The translations under genes and the position numbers were made by a program. Shown piece after piece: positions 40,824 to 51,771 of a stretch of DNA of 64,000 nucleotides. The notes beneath the pieces were generated by a model. It made no database searches. It was given only the letters and a program-made list of their open reading frames with translations, and had not been told where the DNA came from. Each line of letters starts with the position of its first letter. Within the stretch, counting starts at the first letter, position 1. Source of the stretch: Polymyxa betae A26-41 (Eukaryota > Protista > Endomyxa: Phytomyxea); contig RBZT01000771.1 in NCBI GenBank assembly GCA_003693705.1, positions 43,592 to 107,591 of the forward strand, given 5' to 3'.

Positions 40824-41768
40824 ATGGCATCGTCGTCGTTCGAACTGGACGCCGGCCTGCTGGCCGTCTCCCAGCTCGGCCCGCTTCAGCCCGCGTCGCT
40901 CGCCACGAATGGCGCCGATCGTGACGCGTACCTGCACGGCCTCGTCAGCGACGGCGTCCAGGCCTTGATGAAGGCGCTCTTCGAGCTGCCCGTCGAACCC
41001 TCCGACGAGGGCCGCGTCGTCGCCCTGCCGCCGGCCGCCACGCTCCATCTACCCCGTGAGAAGCCGGTACATAGGCGACGACGTACTGGTCCCCGGCCGC
41101 GTTTACTGACTGTTGTTGCGTAGCTGCCGAAGAAGAAGGAGATGACGACCTGGGAGAAGTTCGCCCAGCGCAAGGGGATCCGATCGCAGAAACGCGACCG
41201 GCTCCAGTACGACGACGTGAACCAGGACTGGAGGCCGCGTTTCGGTCGCAATCGCGCCAACGACAACGAGGCCCAATGGTGCTGTGAGCATAAGGACGGA
41301 GTGACGACCGGCGCGGATCCCTGGGCGGATCTGAAGGCTGCGAAGAAGGCGCGCGTCGCCAAGAACCAGGGACAGCAGGAGAGGAACTTGACCGGCGCGA
41401 AAGGCAATCGTCTGCCGGGCACGATCGATCTGGCGTCGGCAACGCAGCGCAAGGTGAAAGGTGTCGCCAAGGATAAGAAGGGTCATGTTGATGTCGCGTA
41501 CAATATCGCGGCGGCTTCGACGGCGTCCATGGGCGTGTTCGATAAGAAGGCGAATTCGCTGGAGCCGGTTAAAGACAAATCGAAGGCGAAGCTGCATTCC
41601 GCCAAGAAGCAGAACCGTATCGATATGAAGGCGGAGAAGAGCGCCAACATGGCTCTGCTGAACAAGATTCTGGGTGGTACCAAGGCCGGCCCGAAGATTG
41701 ATAAAGATAAGGCCGCCAATCTGCACAAGGCCAGATCCGAGAAGAAAGTCCATCGTGCGAAGAAATAA
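40824..41768 (+). CDS. RRS1: Ribosome biogenesis regulatory protein RRS1 (2 exons)
   Basis: LPREKP|LPKKKEMTTWEKFAQRKGI..WRPRFG..STASMGVFDK. Confidence 0.92.
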
Positions 41769-41776
41769 ATATTTAA

Positions 41777-42852
41777 CTAATGATGAGATAGTTTGGTGAT
41801 TTTAGCAATGAATAGAGCGCTCGTATTGGAATGGATCGGATCCAGACGCCGAGCTAGAGGCATCTCTACACCCGGATTCGATTTCGAACACGATTCCGAG
41901 CTCAAGGCGACCAGATTGGCGCTCGGATATCGATCCAGCAGATACCGTACAATCTCTTCGTTCTGAGACATACAGAAACTACAAAGAGGTTGGATTTGAT
42001 AGAAACTCCGATGACGATTATGAGCTCTACCTGCAAGTTGAATAGATCATGACGCCACCTTCATTGAGATGGCGGAACCCATTACTGATTAACCGTCGCT
42101 GCAATTCAGTGATGCGATCAATGCGAGCGGGATCCAGGAACCGCTTCTCGAACGAATCCCATCCCCAGGATGAGAATTTCACGATGTGCTGGCACAACCA
42201 CTGATTCATCAGTGTGGAGAAACCCTAAACCCTAACCAACCTTCAGCGACCCATCATGCGTGCATTCAGCATCAACCAGGACGCGATCGAATCGCCGGCC
42301 AAGGTCGACCTGAGCGCCATTGGCGCAGTTCAGCTGCAGCTGGAGCCTGTCGGGGGCCGGTACGTCCCCGAACCCGTATTTCGCCACGATCTGGCGCCGT
42401 GTCACGTTCAATCGTTCATCGCTGACGTCGACGCCGACCACGGAGCCGGTACGGCCGATGCGATCGCAGATCATGGCGAGTTTGGCGCCCGGCGCACAGC
42501 ACAGATCGAGGACGGTCTGGCCGGGCTCCAGATCGAGGTTGTCGACGGCGATCCCGGAGGCCAGATCGACGCCGTAGAACTGGCCCCATCGATACGATTC
42601 GGAGGCGGCGATTTTAACGTGGCCGGGCAGCGCGAAAAAGTCGGCCAGATCAGTGGCCTGGATGTGGCAGTTCAGAGCGGCGCCCAGCTGGCCCAGGTCC
42701 GGTACGGCGAACGGGTTCAGGCGAATGAACCGCGGCACTTCGATATCGAGCTGGTGGTTGTACGTCGATAAGTCGACATGGTTCTGCAGGAGGAAGCGCA
42801 GGAAGGACGGCGGCAGCGCTGCCGGCCGTCCTGGACCTGCCTCGCCGGTCAT
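41777..42852 (-). CDS. NOL1/NOP2/Sun-family RNA m5C methyltransferase (3 exons)
   Basis: VLDLCCAPGAK, FDRVLVDAECTHDGS, GGVMIYSTC|S..QNEEIV. Confidence 0.88.
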
Positions 42853-42903
42853 GCAAGCGATTGTCGGGAAAACTGCGGCAAGAATCCGACCGAGGTTTAA
42901 ACA

Positions 42904-42921
42904 GGTTAGGGTTTAGGGTTT
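42904..42921 (-). promoter_or_regulatory. Telo-box-like element just upstream of the Sun methyltransferase ATG
   Basis: GGTTAGGGTTTAGGGTTT (AAACCCTAAACCCTAACC on the sense strand), ~50 bp upstream of the start; function inferred by analogy only. Confidence 0.4.
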
Positions 42922-42961
42922 ATCAACAAGAACCAACACGGAAACGTCCAGGTGAACTTAT

Positions 42962-44112
42962 CTAAGCTGGACTAATGGTTGGCACATAACGAGCTGGTGT
43001 GATAAAGTAGATCTGTTCGAAATAGCCGTTTTCGGCACCTGTGTAGACCGGTTTGTAATTGTAGATCAACTGCTGGTCCTCCTCTGTAAAGCTGGCGAAC
43101 GATCGGGTAGATTTCCGGGCCACGTCCACGAACACATCGGCGAAAAAACGGTTAGCGAAGATGGCGTTGCTGCTGTGAGAGATATTATAATTACGGGGCC
43201 ATTCATATCTGCAGATCGTTTCAATTTTTAGCGTTTTAAGATCGCTGCTTACATTTGTTTTTCGGGATGGAAAACGAGAGAAAAAATTGGTGCTTCTTTA
43301 CCCTCAAATGCTGACACGAACTGCTTGTCAGATCGATCATCGTTAACTGCAACCAAACGGAAATCTTTCGCCAACAATCTCCGGAAGTCATCGGGGCTGA
43401 CCCCGCGTGAATGTTGGTGGAACGTGATCGGCTTGGTCGCCAGCAGGTTGTAGACGTGCGACCATTCCGATCGCGAATCAGGGAACAACTGGCTGCTGGC
43501 TCCCCCGAACACGAAATCTAGAGGCAGCGATAGATTTCGAGCATCGAAACGCTTCAAAATCGAAGTCCCGCCCACAACCGAAGCAATGGCTTCAAACCCT
43601 GACGTTTTTGCCGTTAATACCTATCAGGAGAAAACCTTTGACGTCACCTTGACAGATGCCAAGAAGAGGGAAGACTTCGCCCTTTTGATTCGATTCGAGT
43701 GTAAAATTGTATATTGTGGTCAGAGCATCGAAGAATGGTGTGTTTTCTTGCAGATAGATTCCTCCTCCAGTCAGTAGAACACCATTGATTTTTGATAGCA
43801 AATCCCGGAGCTCGGCTTGGTTCAGATCATACTGGCACAAGCCGTTTCAACTTTCGGCTTGCGTATGGCGATAGGTTCGTACCGGTATGGGCACTACCCG
43901 AGCTCCAGCTTGCTCGACGAACTTCACATAGCCGGCGACGATACACTGCCCGAAATCGTATTTCTTGCTGCATCGCGGCAGGGTCAGGATCCCTGAGCCT
44001 GCCTCAGCAAGGGCAATAATATGCTAGTGGACGTACCAACAATGGGACGATCATCAGCGATCGACAGTCCAACAGCACAGACGACGACGAAGATGAAGAT
44101 CAATGAAGGCAT
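42962..44112 (-). CDS. GGH: Gamma-glutamyl hydrolase (peptidase C26) with signal peptide (multi-exon)
   Basis: MPSLIFIFVVVCAVGLSIADDRPIVG, YVKFVEQAGARVVP, INGVLLTGG, FPLLGICQG, FHPEK. Confidence 0.88.
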
Positions 44113-44399
44113 CCTCTTATGCCTTGTGTGCTGTTACCAAGCAGGCCGCCCAACTATACTTCCTGACACGCTGTAACAGAACAACGGGTCGAGCCCCTGA
44201 CTGCTACTACAGTCAGCGCATCCCCATGATAGACACTGTGCCGAACCAGACAGAGGCAGACAAGATCAGATGCAGGTCTCCATTCGGTTATTCTCACTAT
44301 ATTCAGCTCCTGCGTTGGATTCCTCAGGCGGATTAGCTGGCAAGATCTGCCAGATACAGTTGAGAATGGTTTGAATATTATGATGTTTTGTGTTTATGA

Positions 44400-45797
44400 T
44401 CAGTGCATAGAACGGTAGGTTTCGAATTCGTTAGATTCGTGCCAACTCAGTGGCGCTTTTACCAATTTATCGACTTGATGAGCCACCATGGATTCTTCGT
44501 TCAATGCCAAGAACTGCCTCCATGCTGGTGGGTCGGTGTTCAGGAAGCGTTTTAATGAATCCACTTCCATTAGGAATAGAATCTGTTTCGCTGATTTATC
44601 GAAAATCGACGCTGTAATGGCGGAATTGTCGCCAGAACGATCGACAAAAATCTCCTCTCTGAATTTGATCAAATGCTCGCTTGGTAAGTTTACTTCCAGA
44701 GGCGCCGATTTTGAGAGATACTTGTCAAATATCTTCCATTCTAGATTGATGCTGTGATCACTTCGATAGCCCGATGGAAATGAATCGCAACATTCCCGAA
44801 ATAAAGTCACATCTTTCCAGAAGAGCAGATTCTCCAGAGAGAACTCTTTCTCTAAATGCGATTTGAACGCCTCGAACCCTTCCTCTGTCAGGAGAAATGA
44901 CTCGAAATTCGACCTCGTCGGATTGCAATCTTGAACTTCGCAACCAATAACAGCTCGAAGACGGGTGTCTCCTCGCGCCCGATATAAAGGGACGATGAAG
45001 GCAATAGCAAAAGCTGTATCTGCAAGTAATATCGTGATTACATCATTTAGGGCTAGATTTGATAATGCTAATATTCTTTGATCCAGAACTATTAGATAGA
45101 TTACACTGACAATAGCTATGAAGCCACATTTTTTCAGCAACGCCTTCGTCCCAAATGCATCTTGGACTAAACGCAATCGCCACGATAAAACAAACAGCCA
45201 GAAAGCGGTGAACAGGCATCGGCAGAAGATGAACATCGCGGCCTGATCTCCAGCACTTAATGCGTTTTCGTCCAATTGGCTCCAAGAAGTCATCAAATTA
45301 GCAAAGCCAACCTGGTACCACAAATAACTCAGGACGACTGTTGTCCATAACAAGGTATTTCCAATAATCCAGGTGTAGGCGAACTGTTCGCTTAACAGAA
45401 AAGAAGACAGATGGATGGATCTGATGGTCTTGTTAATCCTTTCAGTATCCGTTGAATCGCGAACCGCTTGGTACAGATTCAGTTGTTCCTTGGTCTTATT
45501 ATATGCAATGTATAAGGTTAAAGCGAAGACGAAGAACGCCTCGCATACATAACTCAAGAAAAAACATATAATTATAAGGTCAAGAGCGCAATAGGAAGGA
45601 ACTCCGAGTAGATTACGAATCAAAATGTACCATATGCTTGTATAAAGGGACAGAAGCGCTGCGATAAAGATTCGCGGGCGTCTCACCTTGATTGGATCCT
45701 GGTGTCTTTTCCGCCAATAAAGCCAAGGAACAGGAAGAATGGGTAAATGAAGCACATTGATGACCGCCCAGAAGACAGTCCGTGACAAATTAACCAT
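44400..45797 (-). CDS. 7TM-RGS protein, copy 2
   Basis: 465-aa ORF colinear with copy 1; EFSLENLLFW, PLEVNLP, MEVDSLKRFL. A terminal intron after VDKL is possible. Confidence 0.9.
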   Translation of the reverse strand: MVNLSRTVFWAVINVLHLPILPVPWLYWRKRHQDPIKVRRPRIFIAALLSLYTSIWYILIRNLLGVPSYCALDLIIICFFLSYVCEAFFVFALTLYIAYNKTKEQLNLYQAVRDSTDTERINKTIRSIHLSSFLLSEQFAYTWIIGNTLLWTTVVLSYLWYQVGFANLMTSWSQLDENALSAGDQAAMFIFCRCLFTAFWLFVLSWRLRLVQDAFGTKALLKKCGFIAIVSVIYLIVLDQRILALSNLALNDVITILLADTAFAIAFIVPLYRARGDTRLRAVIGCEVQDCNPTRSNFESFLLTEEGFEAFKSHLEKEFSLENLLFWKDVTLFRECCDSFPSGYRSDHSINLEWKIFDKYLSKSAPLEVNLPSEHLIKFREEIFVDRSGDNSAITASIFDKSAKQILFLMEVDSLKRFLNTDPPAWRQFLALNEESMVAHQVDKLVKAPLSWHESNEFETYRSMH

Positions 45798-46514
45798 GGC
45801 TGGACATCAAGCAGCAAGGCCAAAATCGCAGCGTGGATTGTCGATCATAGATATTCTGAAAGGTTCAGTCCCTGATTGCAGGTACCGTCTATCCTGATTT
45901 CCAGCTTGTATCAGCCCTCAACGTTCTATCAAAGGAGCAATAATTAGCTATGTACTAGTACAGAGCTCACCATAATTGCAGCCTAATACCGTATTGAGTT
46001 CTCCGTTCGCCTTTTCAATCACCGTATAGGAAGCGATCGTATGACGAATCCGATCCATCCAAGGACGGATACCGAACACGTTTTAGTCGAATGAGCTGGC
46101 ATCGGTCAATGCCTGGCTGCAACAAGTCCTTCCAGCGGCATTGACCTTGATGGCCAGCGTCCATACATTAACGGAAGCGAATCTAGCAATTTTGGCCTTT
46201 CAAAATGCTCAAGTGCTAACAATACAGTCTTATTGTTTTAATCATTGAGCCTCTATTTGGCCCTGATTGTAGTTGGTTCAATTATAGGAGCCGTTGGACC
46301 TGGAGCCAGCTTTTGGTGATACGGTCTCCTCCTAAGGACGTTGCAAACCTCTAGGCAAGATAACGCTTGATGTTGGTGCCAGCGACAAAAAGCAGGTTCG
46401 GGTTGTGCAGACGGATCGGCAGGGTGCTGCTCGAGGTACTCGTCGTGCTACCTCTTTCGGCGCTTTCCAGATCGGTCGATGATATTCGCTCAGATCTGTG
46501 GTACTGTTGGTATA

Positions 46515-47907
46515 TTATGGTTTACGATCGATGTTTGGAAGGACAGGTTTCGAGTTCAGAAAATTCACCAATCTATCGACGTGATTCGCGACCATCGTCT
46601 CTTCGTGCATGGCCAGAAACTGCCTCCATGTTGGTGGATCCGTTTTCAGGAATCTCTTCAGTGAGTTGATTTCCATTAACAACAGAATTTGATTCACGGA
46701 TTCATCAAAGATCGTTGCTGTAATGGTCGAGTTGTCGCCGGAACGATTCACGAAGATCTCGTTCCTGAATATGATCAACTGCTCGCTTGGTAAGTTTACT
46801 TCCAGAGGCGCCGATTTTGAGAGATATTTATCGAAGATCTTCCATGCTAGATCGATACTTGGAATACCTCGATTGCCTGCTGAATTCAAATCGCAACACT
46901 CCCGAAATATTGTCACATCTTTCCAGAACAGCAAATTCTCCACAGAGAACTCTCTCTCTAGATGCGACTTGAACGCCTCAAACCCGTCTTCTGTCAAAAG
47001 AAATGACTCGAAACTTGATCGTCTCAGCTTGCAATCATGAACTTCCCAACCGATTACAGTTCGGAGACGGGCGCTGGCGCTCCTTCGCGCCCGAAATGCG
47101 GGAATGGCGAATGCCATAGTAAAAGCTGTGTCCATAAGTGATAGCGTAAACACATCGTTTAGGCGAAGATCTGACAATCCCAGGATCATCTTGTCCAGAA
47201 ATAACAGAAAGCAGAGACAAGCAACGCCAATGCAGCCACATTTCTTCAGCAACGCTTTCGTCCCGAATGCATCCTGGACCAAACGCAATCTCCATGAAAC
47301 AAAAGCCAGGCCCAATACGGTAACAAGGCCACGGCTGAAGATCAGCATCGCCAGCTGCTCAACAGTTCTTGCTGTGTTTTCATCCATCTGATTCAATGGA
47401 GTCAACCACAGAGAAAACTCAATCGTGATCCCGATGTAAAGCGCGACGATTATCGTCCATAACAACGTATGCCCAATAATCCAGGTGTAGGCGAATCTTT
47501 CGCTTAATAGGACAGTACAACCTGATGGATCTGATATTTTTCTCAATGCTGTCAGTATCATCTGATTTGCGAATGGCCTGGTACAGAACCATTTGTTCTT
47601 TGGTCTTATCATACGCGATATACAGAGCGAGAGCAAAGATGAACCACGCCTCACATACAGAAATCATCAAAGGACATAGTATTAGAATGTCGAGCAAACA
47701 GTAAGAGGACATTCCGAATAGATTACGAAGCAGAATGTGCAGAAAGTTCGCAAGCAGGGTCAAAAGCGCTGGCATGAAGATTCGCGGGCGTCTCACCTTG
47801 ATCGGACCATGGTTTCTCTTCTGCCAATAAACCCATGGAACAGAAAGCAGCGGTAGATGAAGCATACCGATGATCGCCCAGAAGATGGTCAACGACAAAT
47901 CGGTCAT
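46515..47907 (-). pseudogene. 7TM-RGS copy 3 with a 2-nt frameshift at ~47514 (pseudogene or sequence error)
   Basis: ORF 47907-47419 gives the N-terminus and ORF 47654-46515 the rest; junction AGG TTG TAC T GTC CTA TTA AGC versus copy 2 CAT CTG TCT TCT TTT CTG TTA AGC. Confidence 0.8.
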
Positions 47908-48151
47908 GGCTGGCCCCTAAAGCACAGCGGCGCATGCAATGCTGTAGGGAAGATATTCTTATAATCACAGGGTACCCTCTACCGACGTTCACCTCCCCAT
48001 AAGCCCAAGCCCATACAGCTGCATAAGCAGACCGTATATATGCAAGTGCTTTTGATGGACAGGTTGATGCCAATACCGTGATTCGGTCCAGAATTTGTTG
48101 CCATCAATCAACTCGACGCTTCGAAAGAGTAGAATATGAAGGCAGTACGAG

Positions 48152-48197
48152 CGTGACGAATCCTCAACAACCATAGTTGGTGGCGGGATTCGTCACG
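48152..48197. other. Perfect 12-bp-stem hairpin between AGO and 7TM-RGS copy 3
   Basis: CGTGACGAATCC ... GGATTCGTCACG, with an inner CAAC-cata-GTTG mini-stem. Confidence 0.7.
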
Positions 48198-48548
48198 ACG
48201 AGCACTAGCTATCAATGCCCAAGTACATCATGATCGCACAGAATATTGTTGACGACCGATTTGGAGCTCGTATTGTAAGGTTCACTTCCTAATTACTACA
48301 GAGTTACAAATACAATATCAGCAGCAACTTTGTCTACCTATCAGGTAACTAGTCGATAGAGTTGCACTACTCTTCTACGGCGTAGAAACGCAAGAAAGCT
48401 CGAATAAATGCAAATGCTGTTAATGCTTAACTGACAAGAGCAAATGTGACGTCAATAAAGTGATATTGTCAAGGACCCTGTCATTAGAATGTACAGCATA
48501 TCGAACCTCGAGGAAGTAAACCTGTGATAGTTCGGTAGAATCAAGATT

Positions 48549-51053
48549 TCAGATGAAGTACATCTGGGAAGCAGTACGGGCCCTAACAGTGGGAATGGCA
48601 CCGAAAGTAGGCGACGCTTCAGAGATAGAGCCAGACATGGCTTCTAATTCATCAGCCTTGGAATGATAGCGGGCACGGAAAGCAGCGAGATGAGCATAGT
48701 AAGCGGCCGGTACAAGTGAAACCGAACGGGTACAGCGGGCGTACAAGTAGCACATTCGGTTGGTGAGATCTTGCAGGAAGTCGGCGGTGAAGTTATTCTC
48801 GTCGAATATACAATGATAGTGAGTTGGTCGCGAAGTTCCCTGAATTCCACCATGAGCTACCAGGTAGAAATCGAATTGACGGGGATGAACGACGTTAGTA
48901 TCGACCACAGTGCCAGCCGGGACGTTACCAGAGCGATCAGCTTCACGAGAAGAAGCGCCGTTGACAAAAAATCGAGCATGATGACGCTTTTGAACAATGA
49001 CGAAGGTGATCTTTGGCGAGTAATTGGCCTCCAGTTCACTGCAAGCGGTTCGAAGGGCGTTCAATTCGTGTTTGAGGACATATTCGAACTGGCCTTCCGA
49101 AACACCATCTCGATAGAACAGAATTCGTTCAGGTTTCTTGCCCTTGGTAGATATGTGAAAGCGTTTCAACAGGTTCATGGCCATGGACTTCAAGTCTTCA
49201 ATAATTTCTTGACGACTTCTTTGAACCCGGGTCTCGACCTCATAACGGAATGGAAAAGCATCCATTGAAGCCACCACAGCCGCAAGAGATGGCAATTTCG
49301 AAAATGGCGCAGCGTGTGATACATCGGCACCAAAAACAATGGCAGGTTTGGAGAACAGGAAATCGGACGATGGAGACGGGCTCAGAATATTGTTAACGCC
49401 ACCAGTACGAGCGTTAATTTTGAGAAGCAGGTTACGGGCGTACATCGGATTGGCTCTCTGCATATTCTTCGACTGCATACATTGAGATGGAACATCAAGA
49501 ACGGTGTCACAGACGCGTTTGATTTCTCCATAAGCCGATGGATCACCAAATGGTAAGATGATCAGCAGAAGCTGAGGCTGGCCCTTCGTTGTCTGTTGAA
49601 CTTGCTGGATAGCACGCATGATAATCTCGCGATAATCAGGTGCAGAGCGACGTTGAGGGCGATGAGGAATCAGGACGGGTCGCTGGAAGGCGACACCATG
49701 CTCTTTGCCGGCACCATTCAAAACCTTAAGAAAATTCATAACCTCTTGCTCACGAGCACGGGTTTCTATAACCAAACAGCCCCAATGGTTGATTGGGTTC
49801 GAGACATACATCTGGGCATCGCGTGGCTGCAAGACGCCCACGTTCGGCTTAACAGCCTTGTTACGAGAGGTCGGCTTGTAAGTGATGGTTGGAGGTTCGA
49901 GAACACGGCCATCGATATGCAGAAGCTGCTGGTTGACGCGAATGCCGAAGTCCTTCAAAGCAGGATCGCGATCGTAGAATCGCTCGTTGATAGCGTTCTG
50001 GACGTGCTGCAGACGGACCGTTAGATTCGTAGCTGTTTTCTTGATCATGGAGGCGGTTTGAGCCGGAGCCAGTTTGTTGATACGTTCTCCTCCTAGGACA
50101 TTGCAGACCTCTATAGGAAGGTATGTTGGTTTCTGCTTAGAGCCAACCACCAATAAGGGCAGGTTCGGATACCGCAGGCGGACCTGATAACGCTCTAGAA
50201 AGTATTCGGCAACATTAGTTCGGCGAGCACCGTCGTCAACATCAAAATGGGCTTGGAGAGCGTTCTCTTTGGCGATATCGCGAATGATGTAGCGGCGCTT
50301 GAATTCATTACGGTGGGTGACGAAGACCTTGACACCAACCAATTCAGCACGTAAGGCACCACGATTGACATCGAGGATCTGGCCCAGGGGATTCTTCGTC
50401 ACACTGGCAACCAATTCCATGACAGGCTGCGGCTTGCGAAAACAGGAAGCGGCAATATCGAGGTTCACCAACAGGCGACCATGCGCAGGACGAAGCGATT
50501 GATGGTAGCCGAACCAGATTTCAGCTCCAGCATCAAGAGGAACAGTGTTCTTGCCGGAGAAAAAGGATGACCCAATAGTGGTGCAGGTGGCAATCGGTGT
50601 CGTACGAAGGACGACGTCCAAGGCTTGGATCGCATCCTGTGGAATGTCGATATCTTGACCGTCCAAGAAGGCAAGGAGTGTGGACATGCTGACAACGGCA
50701 ACATGCTCGATTTTGACAGTGAACTTATCACGACGATCGGGAAGCTCAACAATCTCGACACGGCTGCTCCATGACATACGCTTAGGATAGTAAAGCGACG
50801 CTTCACCGTCATAAGCTGGGGTCAGGTTGCCTTCGAATAGATCGTGACTGCTGCTGCGAAGGTGGACTATAATCATACGATTGATGGGTTTTGGAACGTT
50901 CGGCGTGATCTGAACATTATACATGTGCAGGTCGGCAGACGGGACGACTGGGATTTCGAAAAAGTTCGTGACAAGTTGGATGCGACGGCCGCGAGTGCCT
51001 GCACCAGGGCGTTTTGGCATGAAGGCAGGGTTAGATATCACGAGTTCAGTCAT
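48549..51053 (-). CDS. AGO: Argonaute (AGO clade), intron-free, catalytic tetrad present
   Basis: 834 aa. N: KRPGAGTRG..LVTNFF. PAZ: YFLERY..LRYPNLP..YLPIEVC. MID: YGEIKR..SQCM. PIWI: FGADVSH, QEII, YRDGVSEGQF, QGTSRPTHY, AYYAHLAAFRAR, ending MYFI. Confidence 0.97.
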   Translation of the reverse strand: MTELVISNPAFMPKRPGAGTRGRRIQLVTNFFEIPVVPSADLHMYNVQITPNVPKPINRMIIVHLRSSSHDLFEGNLTPAYDGEASLYYPKRMSWSSRVEIVELPDRRDKFTVKIEHVAVVSMSTLLAFLDGQDIDIPQDAIQALDVVLRTTPIATCTTIGSSFFSGKNTVPLDAGAEIWFGYHQSLRPAHGRLLVNLDIAASCFRKPQPVMELVASVTKNPLGQILDVNRGALRAELVGVKVFVTHRNEFKRRYIIRDIAKENALQAHFDVDDGARRTNVAEYFLERYQVRLRYPNLPLLVVGSKQKPTYLPIEVCNVLGGERINKLAPAQTASMIKKTATNLTVRLQHVQNAINERFYDRDPALKDFGIRVNQQLLHIDGRVLEPPTITYKPTSRNKAVKPNVGVLQPRDAQMYVSNPINHWGCLVIETRAREQEVMNFLKVLNGAGKEHGVAFQRPVLIPHRPQRRSAPDYREIIMRAIQQVQQTTKGQPQLLLIILPFGDPSAYGEIKRVCDTVLDVPSQCMQSKNMQRANPMYARNLLLKINARTGGVNNILSPSPSSDFLFSKPAIVFGADVSHAAPFSKLPSLAAVVASMDAFPFRYEVETRVQRSRQEIIEDLKSMAMNLLKRFHISTKGKKPERILFYRDGVSEGQFEYVLKHELNALRTACSELEANYSPKITFVIVQKRHHARFFVNGASSREADRSGNVPAGTVVDTNVVHPRQFDFYLVAHGGIQGTSRPTHYHCIFDENNFTADFLQDLTNRMCYLYARCTRSVSLVPAAYYAHLAAFRARYHSKADELEAMSGSISEASPTFGAIPTVRARTASQMYFI

Positions 51054-51771
51054 GATTGAAGACGGATAAATAGATTAGAGAGCTGCACACTTCGACCAGC
51101 TCATGTACAGACACAAAAGGCAATGAGGGCTACTTAAGAGATAAAGTTGACTCCGGCCCGATCTTATTGGTGCATTTCTTCCCACTTGTATGAAGCTGAA
51201 ATTAGTTTCTGTGGAAACCAAATCGGCCGAGTCTTTCCACAAAATTCATGCATCTTGAATAAGCGTTTGATTGGTATCAAATCAAACATAATGATGTCTA
51301 AACTATGTAATCGTTATACCGTCCTCTTCTTAGATCAGGTTAGTCTAGACGACATGTTGTTGGATGAAAGGTCGTGATACTTCTTCGAGATCAGTCAAGT
51401 TCTGGTAGCTGACAGGCTCGAGACGCGACATTGTTCGCATTGACCAGGGCGTCCTAATTTCTGGGACGATGTAGGCTTTGACTGATGAGACGACTCGTGA
51501 CCATCATGATTCATGAAGAGACGAAAACCACTTTAAGGCTTTGAACCTGAAACACTCCTGAGGCCGCGCCCACCTTGCCAGTTACATCAATCTCAGTGCG
51601 ATTCGTGACATGATACAATTTTGAGCGAGAGTCCTTCATTGAGTGCCAAACTCTAGGCCCTGCTCTTCCCATTAACCAATGAAATGAATCCATAGAGCAT
51701 GGCAGACGGATCCACAGCCTCTCAGCCGCGACCAGCAACACCCAATAGCGACTTTGCTCATGATAATTGGT

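Noticed and set aside
40886-42771. Long antisense ORFs over RRS1, the Sun MTase and AGO
   Set aside because: Expected shadows of GC-rich, codon-biased coding strands.
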